DNA of 53,510 nucleotides, the filler included, from Sphacelaria rigidula (lineage: Eukaryota): the NCBI GenBank assembly GCA_964200075.2. It is 3 parts of 3 records of this genome, joined end to end, with 100 filler letters (N's around TTAATTAATTAA, not from the genome) between each part and the next. Parts side by side here need not be neighbours in the genome. Positions count along the whole stretch, not along the records: positions 17,880 to 35,647 come from CAXNAA020000998.1; 2 more parts are not named here. One strand, written 5' to 3'. Below the pieces are notes generated by a model. The model was not told where the DNA came from. It made no database searches and saw only the letters and a program-made list of their open reading frames with translations. Positions 24,217 through 35,747 of the stretch are shown here, piece by piece (within the stretch, counting starts at the first letter, position 1; every line of letters starts with the position of its first letter). Both the position numbers and the translations under genes were made by a program.

Positions 24217-24626
24217 TGTGCACTTGTGAGGTGTTTGGTGTGGCCGTGGCGCGCTTCCTCGCAGTGCACCGTTTTATAGCGGAGCAAGGCAATTGTCACG
24301 AGAGATCTTGATGGGTTGAGCAGACGACGTACCCGAGTGGGGCGCTGCATCGCCGTGCTTTTCATTATTCATTCAGACGTCACCCGCTGGTGTACAGCTC
24401 TATCTGAACCTTCGCTCTCTGAATCTCAGCCCTGAACCCCAACTGTAGAGCTTACAATATAGAGCCGCGGAGCCATTCTGACTAGACTGAACACTGGCTA
24501 CAGTACTGGTTCCCGGACCGTTCCTGTCGGCACTTTGTACTGAACCGCACTGGCTCCTACCAGGCTGGTTGACTATATGCCTGAGAATCCACGTATGAGA
24601 TCTATGTCCAACACATAACCTGCACA
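24217..24626 (-). repeat. Copia 3' LTR
   Basis: Direct repeat of 27774-28186; preceded on the minus strand by short purine-rich GTGGGAG (PPT-like). Confidence 0.95.
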
Positions 24627-25239
24627 CTCCCACATGGTCGTATAGCGGTGACAGCAGAGAGCTGATACGATCACACCCAACCTGCTAGACACGAGGCAAA
24701 CGAATCCTTCAATTGAATGCCGTAGAAGCCACGTGGTGGACCTGGACTCTCCAGACTCGTCCCTACTTCCGGCGCCTTTTCCCTTCTGACATCCTTCGTC
24801 GAGAACGACAACTTGAACGTATGTTGGCTGTGTGCGAGGTTGTTTTTGCTCGGTATGCATCCCGCACCCTTAGGGGGTCCCTCCACTGCCTTTGTCGTTT
24901 TCTTCACCGCGGGCTGTTCCTTCGCTTCTTGGTCAGGGCCAGAACCGTCCGCGCTCGGCACGAATATATTTTCGAGCTTCGCTCCTTCGTTTTCGCCCAG
25001 CGTCTCCGGTGGTTCGGTGATTCAGCCTTGTTCACGATCATCTCCGTTAGAGGAGGCTTGATCCTCCAGTCCGACCTGCGGCTCGTTGCTTGTGTGTGAT
25101 GCCTTGGTCTTTGAGCCGTTGGAGCGCTCGTCTGCGCTTGGAGTCGCATGAGTTACAGGCGCCGCCGGTGACCCCCGTGGTCCCAGCGGTTCACCGGCCT
25201 CTCGGCTCTGGAGCTCGTTGCCCTTCCGTTGGGTTTCCT

Positions 25240-27752
25240 CTTCCATGACCACTTTCCATCGGCCAGCATAAGGTTCCGCCAGGATTTCTTTCGCTGTCGA
25301 CGGTTCCTGCGGTTCAATGGTGATTCCGCCCCCGAGCATGCAGAATGCGCCTTTGTCCTGATCTTGTAGAAGGGTGGCGAGGAAATTTCCATCGTCGGAA
25401 CTGCTGCCGTTAGAACTCTCAAAACGTTGCTGTGCGTTGTCCCCTCGATGCCGTTGCGCTAGTCGACTGGACCTGCGCAGTCCACTGTCCGGAGAAGAGC
25501 GCTTCGATGATGTCGAGTCCTGTGGTGGCTGTCCACCCGGGCAATCATCGCCGTCGATTGGCGCTGCTTCCACTTCTGCCGATGGCTCGTCCTCGTCATC
25601 ACTGAGTTCGACCGCCTTCAGCTCCCCCACGATGTCTAGGATCTTGGCCTCTGATTCAAACGTGATGTGTGAAGACTTGACGAGCTTTGATCCCCGTATC
25701 AGCCATACATACCAGCAGAGAGAGTGCCGATCGTGCCCCACCAAGATGCCCCGCTTCGCATATGGGTGGAACTTTGCAGCGGCGCCGCGTTGCTGCTTGT
25801 GCTAATGCACGAAACACCCCGATCCCCAAGTACGAAGCCGGTCGTAGTTGAAAGACTTTCCTGTCAGCCTCTCACATGGGGTCTCGCCCCCGAGGTACTC
25901 GTGGGGCATTCCTGCGGTCTTGAATGCCGCGTCCGCCACAGCGAAGCACCAGTAGTCCTCTCCGCGTCCCGCTTTCACCAGTTGGCTGCGTGCTATCCTC
26001 ATCAGTTGTTGAATTGCACGTTCAGCAATCCCACTGCTCTGCGGTGTCCTTGGCGGTGAGTTGCGCCATTTGATGTCGCGATTGGTCAGCATGCGTTCAA
26101 ACTTGACTGACCGTCCAAGTTCCCCAGCGCCGTCTCCGCTGATGCATTTGATGACCATTCCCTCACGGGCCATTTCGTCGATGTAGGCTCCCGTGGCGTC
26201 AGCGGCCGCATCTCGTGTCTTGAGTCCAACAACGTGCTTGTCTCGACTGGCCTCGTCCACGAAAACCTGAAAGTATTTCATGCCCGTGACATCGGCGTGG
26301 AAAGGGCCTTCAAGATCAGTGTGCACAACTTCACCTGGTGCTTTGGGACTCCTGCCGCCGCGGCCGTAGCTGAGCGCCTCGGACTTGCATTCCTTGCAGA
26401 CGCTGCAGCGCATCTCGGACGCCACCGTGGTATCAGTGGCATCGATCAGCCCACGCTTCTCGAGGTGTTTTATGGCAGCCGGATCGTTGTGTCCCAAGGT
26501 GTCGTGCCACTCCTTTAATGTGAGGCGCTGCTTCTTGTTTGCGAACGAAGCGTGCGCCGATGCCGCATGATCGCCATCCCCCTGCAGCGATGCCGACAGT
26601 ATCAGGAACCCTCTATTCTCGGCTAGGGGGATCTTCGGTCCATCCTTTCTGAACCGAAGGTAGCTCTGCTTCCTGCCGGAATCCACAAATTCCCTTGTTC
26701 CCAAATGTACAGCTTCGATTGACCGTACGTGTATTTCTGAGATCCTGTTTCCAGGGAATCATGTGGACATTCACTCCCGAGTCGCAGAGAATCGACAGCT
26801 CTGTGTGACTGTTGGTCGACGTGCACATGGATACTACTCGCCCATCTTCGACTACCACGTTTATCGTCATGAATGCCTGTGGTCTGTCCTTCCTCCCATT
26901 ACTTCTGCCGTTTTGTGGAGGGGGCGGGAACGTTCGTGCGGGGCTCATCCCCGGCGGTCGTTTAGCTGGAGGTTTGCCGTTAAGGTAGGAGCGACACTCC
27001 CACCACCTATGATTCCCCGTCAAACAGTAGGCGCATTGATTTCTATCGAGCCCCGAATCAGTTTTGTTGCCGTCGGTTCTCCATTGGAACGCTACTACCT
27101 CGTCACGGCATTCCATGCCAGACGTTAGATATGCTGATCATGCTACGACTGCCCGTTTTAGCTCATCGTACGTCATACCTGGCTGGGTTGTTAGCTGGAT
27201 GAATACTTGTGGAAGCGCCTTCTTGATCCCGACTAAAAGGGCTGCCCTTTTAGTCTCGTCGGCTTTGGCATTTCCCAGCGCTTCGAATCCCTCCCAGATG
27301 GCGTCCAGCTTCACCATGAAATCTGCTGATTCTTCTGCAGAATTACATTGGAGATCCCGCAGTCTTCGTTCCAATGCAAGTAGTTGCACAGGCCGCTCGT
27401 CCTGTGCACGTCCTCCGTAAATGCGTTCCATCTCCAGCCAGGCTTCCCTGCCGTCAGGGTTGCCGCCGTGCTCGCATCGTGCGACGATGGCTGCGGCTGA
27501 CCCTTTCGTAGCCTGTGCCAGGAGGAACCATAGGGACTGTGTATCACGTTGGTGCGTTTCGTACGCCCTATGCTGATCAAGTGTCGTCGTGGGTATCGGA
27601 ACGGCCGGTGTGGTGTATTCCAGTCGCAGCTGGGGGTATAGTCCTTTCCCCCCTGCGTATCCAACGATTGAAAGTCTCCATGCGTCCCATGTTTCTCGCG
27701 AGTGCCCACGAGCGCCCGTCCAGACTGGCAACTTGCGTGGGTCTGCCTCCAT
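25240..27752 (-). pseudogene. Copia gag-protease-integrase polyprotein (disrupted)
   Basis: Gag (DGREAW..M), CAYCLTGNHRWWEC knuckle, ILCDSGVNVHM protease, WHDTLGH...CSVC, VHTDLEGP / SGDGAGE / GIAER integrase. In-frame stops at 27138-40 and 25802-4; frameshift near 26700. Confidence 0.93.
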
Positions 27753-27773
27753 ACTCCTCGAGGCTCACGAACC

Positions 27774-28186
27774 TGTGCACTTGTGAGGTGTTGTTTGGTG
27801 TGGCCGTGGCGCGCTTCCTCGCAGTGCACCGTTTTATAGCGGAGCAAGACAGTTGTCACGAGAGATCTTGATGGGTTGAGCAGACGACGTACCCGAGTGG
27901 GACGCTGCATCGCCATGCTTTTCATCATTCATTCAGACGTCACCCGCTGGTGTACAGCTCTATCTGAACCTTCGCTCTCTGAATATCAGCCCTAAACCCC
28001 AACTATAGAGCTTACAATATAGAGCCGCGGAGCCGTTCTACCTAGACTGAGCACTGGCTACAGAACTGGTTCCCGGACCGTTCCTGTTTGTACTTCGTAC
28101 TGAACCGCACTGGCTCCTACCAGGCTGGTTGACTACATGCCTGCGAATCCACGTATGAGATCTATGCCCAACACGTAATCTGCACA
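27774..28186 (-). repeat. Copia 5' LTR
   Basis: About 22 substitutions and one 3-bp indel versus the 3' LTR (hand count, ~94-95% identity); followed by PBS-like GGTTCGTGAGCC and the gag ATG at 27752. Confidence 0.95.
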
Positions 28187-28772
28187 TCTTAAACCGTCAC
28201 AGAACATAGCTGTGCGCCGCACAACACGCTTCAGAGAGTGAGTCCGACCGGCAATGTTTTTACTGTGTTGGCTACTGTAGAGCAACATATATTACCGCAA
28301 GTAATAGTATGGAGCTCTCTATAGGCAGGTTGTCAGCCGCGTCCTCTGTTAACGTGGCTACAAATAAGCGTAAAGCGTGATCCTCTCGGAGCGCGAACGA
28401 ACTCAACACCAAGAAACAAAAAGCGGGGACACATAGGTCAAAGGCCCATAAGAAGCTGCCTTGTAAGAAATGCAGCTGGCGGGCACCCTCTGCACTTGTG
28501 AGGTCGGGTGGATGGACGTGTGTTGATGCATGATGATATTTGTGCGTGAGTGGGAGGCGTTCAATTCGTTGTTGTCACGTGCTCAATAAGGAGCATATAG
28601 TTACATAGATACCGCGCTCTGACCCACTGCCCAAGTGTCGGAGATTTCCGGCATAGATGGTAACTTCCTTCCTGTCAAAGCGTATGGATGTGCAGTGATC
28701 TTCCGCCAGATGATTCGCACAGGAAGAAGTACTGAGTATGCTGTAACGTTGCTTTCCACCGCAGTATCTCAC

Positions 28773-28893
28773 CTTTCCAGTAGAGGAGATACGCGTCATT
28801 TCCCCGTCGACGTATTTGGTCCTCGGCCTCATCAGCAGCATGCTGATAGAAGCCCTCTCTTAAGTGGTAGCTGATTAAACTTTTGTAGTCCGA
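28773..28893 (-). CDS. IFT139: Exon encoding the N-terminus of intraflagellar transport protein IFT139/TTC21
   Basis: cag acceptor and AAAG|gtgaga donor. Peptide SDYKSLISYHLREGFYQHAADEAEDQIRRRGNDAYLLYWK resembles the IFT139/TTC21B N-terminus (LIxYYxREGYxxH...G.D..L.FW). Confidence 0.75.
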
Positions 28894-30398
28894 CTGCTGT
28901 GGTGGCACAAAAGGCCAATCGTATTCACGGCAGGTTGTGGAATTAACGACGAAACCGCTGGTGAGTCCACAATGTGGCGGTATACACAAGGCTCGACGGT
29001 GTTGACGACTCTGTGCAGTATGCAATCCGACCATTCCATGCCACCCACAGCCTGCCTGCACCAAGCTGCTGTGAGGAATTGAGAAATAGCCTCTAGGAGG
29101 ACGAGTATTTCCTCATATTCATCGAAGAGGTGAGAACCGGGGAAAGAGATGGACCTGGACCCAGCCTTTCATGGCACATGCACTTCGTATATCTCTGTTC
29201 TATGATGTATGACCTCGTATCATCCTCCACAGTTTCGGTATGATTAGCGATTGTCGCATACCTGTGGTTTTGCATTTGGTATGCTGAAAAAATATGCTAC
29301 CCCACGTGAGAGTAATTTTTTTATTCCACGAATACAAAGTATATGGTTGCACGATAGCTTTGGACGAGACGAAGGGGATCGGCGGAAACAACTCATTATT
29401 AGTAAAAATCGACCTGAGACACGTCTGTGATCTGAAGTACAAAAAAGATGAGTAGTGATGCAGCCAGCTCCGTGGTGCATCACGTGAGCGATGCCTAAGG
29501 AGAAAATATGTATACAACGCCAGGTGCATCTCTCCTAAGGTTCATTGCCGTACAGGGTACTGTACATCACGGGCAGTCTACAACTTTCCCCTCTACAACC
29601 CTACGTGATGTATTGGATTGTCTCGGATATACGATGTATTGGTAACAGGATGCAACCAGTAGTATTCGAGTGTTGGATCCCTGTCCCACCCACTGCAATC
29701 TTCCTCATGCACGGTAGTGTTCTCGAGTGTGGGTCCACCCACACCCAACGGGTACCTTGGAAGCAGCATTGCTACTAGATGGACCGCCGCCACCTGCAAC
29801 GATTGAGTTGCTGCCTGAACTGTCCCTTCTCGACCCGTACATGCTTGGGTGAGAAATGACCGCTAATCCTGCGGTGCTGTCGCACTCAAGTCTCGGCACA
29901 ATACGCCAACTCGTTGAAGAGTACCTATCGCAACCCAGCAGAATTTGCGCTGCCTGCACAAGTACACGATTGCAGAATTCGTATGCCAGGGAGTATGTTA
30001 TTCTGAATCCAGACAAAAACCGTGATGCTGGATTTACATCCGCTGTCGCCCCTCTCCTCTGCGAGATAGAACGGTATATTCAGCCCAGCACCTTATCTGA
30101 CTGCCTGATGTTGCTGCCGTTGCCACCTGGATCTTAACAGTCCCGCGTACCAGAAAACGTCATGATCCAATTATGGTCGAATCAAAAATGTTCTTTTTTG
30201 CATGATTTGTTCCAAAGTCAATTATGAATTGATAGAGCCAGTGCCATCGCACAATCTACTGACATCAAACTCGAGTCGAAACAACCCTGTCGTTTACTGA
30301 CAAAACTCAACCTGACTCACCTCACGAACGCAGCATAGCTGCAGTGCAATCAGAGAATATACCCTTGATACCTGTGCAAGGGAAATTGACGTCGAGAT

Positions 30399-30746
30399 AT
30401 GTCATCAAGGCTACAATGGGCCTCTGCCTTTGCGGGGGCAATTATGGTGGTATCCTGTCAAGCATTTGTTCCACCTCTGTCACCTCCACCTCGATCTGCG
30501 GTATCTGGTAGGATGGCTGTCAAGACCCCATTACCAGAGAGCAAAGATGCAAGTCCACCTGGTGTACAGCAGGGGGGGGATGAGAAGGCGGGTGCTGATG
30601 CTGATTCATCGAGGGTGCTGTTGCGTTCATCTGCGGCGGAGGGGGGAGGCAATAATGGACAAGTTGGCGGTGCCACAGCCAACGCGAGCAAGCGCACAGT
30701 CGGAGTCAAGGAGAAGCAAGACATGGATCTGATGTGGAAGATTGAT
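30399..30746 (+). CDS. First exon of a nucleus-encoded plastid-targeted protein
   Basis: ATG, hydrophobic signal peptide ending CQA|FV (ASAFAP-type motif), Pro/Ser/Arg-rich transit-like peptide, phase-0 GAT|gtgagt donor. Downstream exons not identified. Confidence 0.8.
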
Positions 30747-32799
30747 GTGAGTTGCAACAAACATTGCAGAGCATGATCATACTGGATTGTGGTGTTGCTG
30801 ATGTTCTAGGGCGGATGTTCAGGGGTTGCATTGGTGAAGATGGTGTAGTGATTTTTCGTTGACTCAGCAAGCGATAATGTTGAGAAGCAGGCATAGAAGC
30901 AGGCATGCGCTTTCCATCCGAGTCTTATGATATTTTAGTTTCGCCGGCAGTCGTTTGTTTGAACTGCAGGTGCTGACGGGGTATAGCACCCCCAAATCAT
31001 GCACGTGTTCCGAGGTTTTGTCCAGAACTGAAAACGGTCGCGACGCTGGTAGATGTGCCATTGGCGAGATCCCGAATGAAATCCTTTGAGGCACAGATTC
31101 AAGCCTTTGAGTTTTTTGGGAAATCGGGCTTGAACAACTCGAAATCCAGGGGTTGCACTTGATGGACTCAGCATTAGCATGTGTGCGGAAATTTGATAGC
31201 AATCATCATCAAAGATGCTCATTCGTGAGTCAGACGGTTGGAACATTTTTCTCAGAGCCACTCTACCCTCCGTTTCTACAACTGTAAATCGAAGCCCTCA
31301 ACAGCTGGGGCTGTTATACCGCGACGTCGTCTATGCACTACTCTACTCTAACCTTACCCGCGTCTCGCACTGTGGTGTGGATTGTCTCATCGCCGGTTCC
31401 TCTTCATCGCTTGCCACAGTACAGTATCCCACGCATCAAGACTGCAATGTAGGGCAGTCTCGTTGTTGAATAGTGATCTGGATCACTGTCTTCTTAACAC
31501 ACAATCATGCATGTCTCCCCTCTCCCTGCGATGCACGTCGAAGCTGGGCTTGCCATCTGAGGCACTGCACCGAAAACCTGCCGAATATTGTGATAATTGA
31601 GTCACAGTTCAGTCGCTACTATTTGACCGCCAAGGCGGGCAATTTTTCCGGCGTGGTCTCGTCAAGTCAGGGTTAACCTTTTCGCTGTCAGGGTCGGTGG
31701 ATGGTTTCACCTGAGGAATGTAAGCCCCAGATGACCCAGCTTTGTTGAGGTACAGTTTCTAAAACTCAAGGTTCCCGGTTTATGTAACAATTACTGTTGT
31801 CCAATATGCCGGGAGCCTCGAGTTTGAGATTCCTGTATTGTAGTAGTATCCACCGTACTAAAGTTTCACAAAAATGTATTGCCAAGCTTTTTCCCATGAT
31901 CGCCGAGTTTGTATCCTACTTCGACCAACACTCACCACACTATGATGGTGGTATCGGCTGTATTCCAATACGCCAGCGTCCGAGTGCACGAACCAACGTG
32001 ACATCCCGCAACAACATAATGAATGGTGAACGGAGCTTTGTCGCAGATGCTTTTGGACCTGTGCAGCTATGAGTAGTGGGGAAGACAACTACCAATCTTC
32101 GGCTATGTGTTGGTTCCTGTCTTACGGACTCGAAAAAGAAACTCGCGAAGAGTGCTTCCAAAAGAAGGACGGTGACGTGTAGCCGCGATAACGCCACGCA
32201 CCAAAACAAATGCGCAGATTTTTTTTCTTCTTGCCGGCGTATGTTTAGAAGTTGGTCATGAATTATCGAACGAAAAGTTGGGCTGCTCGCCCAAGATCTT
32301 TGCTCGAACGGGAACATACAACAGCGGTGCAATGACCCTTGTTGTTTTGTGTGGCTGTCACAGCACTGGCGTGAGGAACGAGTTCAAGTCAACCCATGAT
32401 CCCGCTGCCCCAGGTTGGGTAGCGCCTAGCTCCAGTCGTAGCTGCTGATCAACGAAGGCCGGATGTTATGGCACACAGATTATTGGCCCACGGATTGTTC
32501 ACTTTCGGGACGTTTGAGCCACTTTTTAACCCCCAAATAGGGAAAATCGCCGACACACGCAATGGAAACTTTGCATTACCCCACAGAGAGGAGCCTAGCC
32601 CACTTTTCAGATTCGCTTGGCTCCAAGGTTTCGAGAACGGCCGCTGAACAATAATCCGTGTGAAATAAAATCTACGGCCGCCACTCTTCAAGTGCTGAAC
32701 GGATTGTCGTGAAACAAATATTCCTGTGTGCAGACACGGACGAGCTTGCGCTAAACGTTGTGTGATCTCGTTGCGGGTGTTTGCGTGTTTGACTGTGGC

Positions 32800-33059
32800 A
32801 GTAATTTATTTCAGCCATGTGTTCCACGCACACGCTCGGTACACGGCTAACTTCACGGTCGACGAGGGAGGCGGACTGCCGAGCCCCTCTCGCGATGAAG
32901 GAATAAGGCAGGGACCGCACAAAGGAGGAGTACAAAAATAAGTGGGAAATTGAAAATCCTGTGTTGGCCTCCCTCCTGTGTGACCCCGGCTGATGCTCCC
33001 CCACAAACCGAAAGATGTTGACTGGCGTCCAGAATATATGAGACGACAACACACACACA
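32800..33059 (+). repeat. SINE-like dispersed repeat with (CA)n tail
   Basis: Ends in ...ctgtgtgaccccggctg...gtccagaatatatgagacgacaacacacacaca. From memory it resembles an abundant brown-algal repeat (not verified). Confidence 0.5.
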
Positions 33060-33079
33060 GTTTATCACTTGGTCGAACA

Positions 33080-34065
33080 GTAATTTTCTCAGAAATATGT
33101 TATCTCGAATCAGCGCTGACCCTAATCCTCACCCCAACCCCAGCCCAAGATACATCGAGAACCGTCGGGCGAGGGAGGTGTAAAGTGTTCCACACGCGGA
33201 GATTGGTGTTGGTTGACCTCGGCGCCAATTTAGACGAACACGTGTCTTGCTCACACAAGGAGCACTCGTGACTGTCAGCCTCACCAAAGATCCGAATATC
33301 GGTGTCCTCACTCAAATCCAGTGACGATTTTTTCGGAACACTTTTATCCGACCAAGTGGTCAACTCTACTGAAATTTTCAGACCTCCTTGGGGCTGCATC
33401 TAGTGCCAAAACAAATGCCGCTCTCCCACTAAATATGCGCGTGCGTTTTCTTGCCATGACGCAGACTAACGGGTCGTTGGAATCGAACATTTTTCCCCTG
33501 CTGAACTTTTCTGTGTTCTTTTTCTTGTCCTCCCTTGGCGGCGTGTGTTGTAGTCCATCCCGTAATGGACAACACAACGAATATCCTACCACGGTACCAA
33601 CGCGACCATATGTATGTCGGCATGAGCTCTATGTACGTCAGTTGCCATGCTCAGATACATATTCGGTAGCCCGGGACGGCACGTACAGTACGTTCAAGTA
33701 CTGGAAATACGCGGGAGCGAGTACACATGGAGGTCACTTTACCACTTGGGATGGTGAGAAATTTCTCAGAAACTTGTGACTTCGAACAAACTATAATACC
33801 AACACTAACCCTAACTCTAACCCCAATAAAGGCTCACCGAGAACACTCGGGCAAGGGCGTGGAAAGTGTCACACAGGCAAAAGGTGCGTTGCCAGACCTC
33901 AAATCGGCGTCCCAGGCGCCGATTTCGACTGAAACGCGCTCTGCGCCAGCTAGGAGCACGCTTGGAGCATGGCCACATTAAAAATCCGGATTTTCGCTGT
34001 TCACACTAACATCAACTCGAACCATCTGAGAAATGTTTGACCACCCCAAGTGGTGAACTCTACTG
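33080..34065 (+). repeat. Diverged direct repeat pair (~690-bp spacing) containing CCCTAA-like motifs
   Basis: 33080-33372 aligns with 33760-34065 (tttctcagaaa, ccctaa.c...cccca, cgagaac..tcgggc.aggg, ccaagtggt.aactctact). Confidence 0.65.
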
Positions 34066-35647
34066 TACACATGACCCTGCAGTACGGTAGGCCACATGTT
34101 GATAGTAGCAAGCCGTCCGAAGAGTCAGTGTATCTGGTATGCGAATCAACATTCATGAGATTAACCCTTATGGGATCGTTCTCTCACAAACATGTTGTTC
34201 GCACGCAAGGGCCTTTTGGTGAATCGGCATCATTTTTACTTGAGAACGACTGGCGATGATGCCGAGTAACAACCCCCTCCCTGCGTGCAAACACCATATT
34301 TGTAGGGGTCCGGTCCCAGAAGGGTTTATTGACGTCTTGTGCTGTAACTCATGGGGAAACCTGGCGGAGCTCGTAGAGTGTGTGCGCGCGGGGGGGCAGA
34401 GGAAGAGTGGGGGGGTACTCATGATCTTGCATGCCGTGGTCATACGACCATTGACCTCGCATCCCTAGAAGGGGATGGAGGAGAGGGTGGGGGGGGGGAG
34501 TACTCGTTCGTTGCTTGCCTTAGTCGTTTGATCATTGACCACTAATCCCTTCGAAGACGGAGAACCGTTCCGACTCCTCGTAGAGACACCTCCAACGGGT
34601 GGGGAATGGGTGAGGGGAGAGGGGGGGTACGCGTTTTCGCTATATTTTATGGTAATCATGCACGATTGGAGTTGTGGGCGCAAGGCCGGCTTCTGTAATA
34701 CGATCTTCGGCTAGCCTTCGTCAACATCGATAACCGCAGCGCTGCAGCTAATCAGCTTCCTACTCTACATCAGGAAGCACCACCCTCGGTGACAACACCT
34801 CATGTGTTCCCCGTGTTCCCCGCGCCCCCCCGGCCTCATGGCATATACTCGAGAAGCAAGCAACTGTTCATTGCATTCCCAGTAGTTCGGCTAAGGTCGA
34901 TCAATGACATCTCGCGCATGTGTGGGTACCACCACATGAAAAGAATAAATTCCCACAAGTGTCTTGTCAAGGAATCACCTTTTCACACGTACGTATGGAT
35001 TTTTCATTCATTCAGCACTCCGGTGCAATATCGCCGGCAAAAGCTGTGGGCCTGTCCTAATCGTGAACCCCGTGTGATGTCGAGAAGGGCAGCATCTGTT
35101 TGCGAAGTATCTTTGCCATATGGTATTTGCTTTGAACAGCCATTTTCAATCTTATCAAGAACTCGTTCTATTGTTCAGATGCAAACCTAAATCTGCTCAC
35201 AGGTCCGAAAAAAATGCGGCAGTTCTTGCAGTTGTCGTGCTCGTCTAACTTATCTGTACCACTACAACGGGAAAAAAAAACGTGGTGAGGATCGCAGCAC
35301 AACACCTACACACCGAGCCCCGGATGAACATACACAAACGTCCACCATTGATGCCCATTAGGTCGAACACTAGAGCTTGCTCATCTTAACACAGCAGTAT
35401 CTGTTTGGCCGGAAACCGTCCTGTACCGGGCGAATGGTGGCCGGGTAGGCGTCCACTTCAACCGAAAAGCTGTCGTCACTGACCCTCATCTGTGCTTCTG
35501 AACTCATTCGATCGACGGCTACGGCCCGATCTACAAGTATTCGTCTTTTGTTCGCGCGCGCGTGCGGGGGGGGGGGGGGGGGGGGGGAAGTTCAACCCCT
35601 AGACTGTGACCCCCCCCCCGCGGGACCCCGAGGGCCTCCGCCACATT

Positions 35648-35747
35648 NNNNNNNNNNNNNNNNNNNNNNNNNNNNNNNNNNNNNNNNNNNNTTAATTAAT
35701 TAANNNNNNNNNNNNNNNNNNNNNNNNNNNNNNNNNNNNNNNNNNNN
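35648..35747. other. Artificial contig-joining linker
   Basis: N-run + TTAATTAATTAA + N-run. Confidence 0.97.

Larger units (their letters stand above)
24217..28186 (-). mobile_element. Ty1/Copia LTR retrotransposon, internally deleted (no RT/RNase H)
   Basis: Two ~410-bp LTRs with TGTGCA...TGCACA ends flank gag, CCHC knuckle, protease and integrase on the minus strand. Pol breaks off after EPSTAKE...WKVVMEEE. Confidence 0.95.

Noticed and set aside
27138-27140. Programmed gag-pol stop readthrough in the Copia element
   Set aside because: The stop lies before the gag zinc knuckle and the element has other disabling mutations, so a nonsense mutation is more likely.
28491-28504. 14-bp match to the Copia LTR end (tgcacttgtgaggt)
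   Set aside because: Too short, with no extension; cannot be distinguished from chance.
29553-29759. Possible hAT MITE (CAGGGTAC...GTACCTTG)
   Set aside because: Only an 8-bp imperfect inverted match and no TSD.
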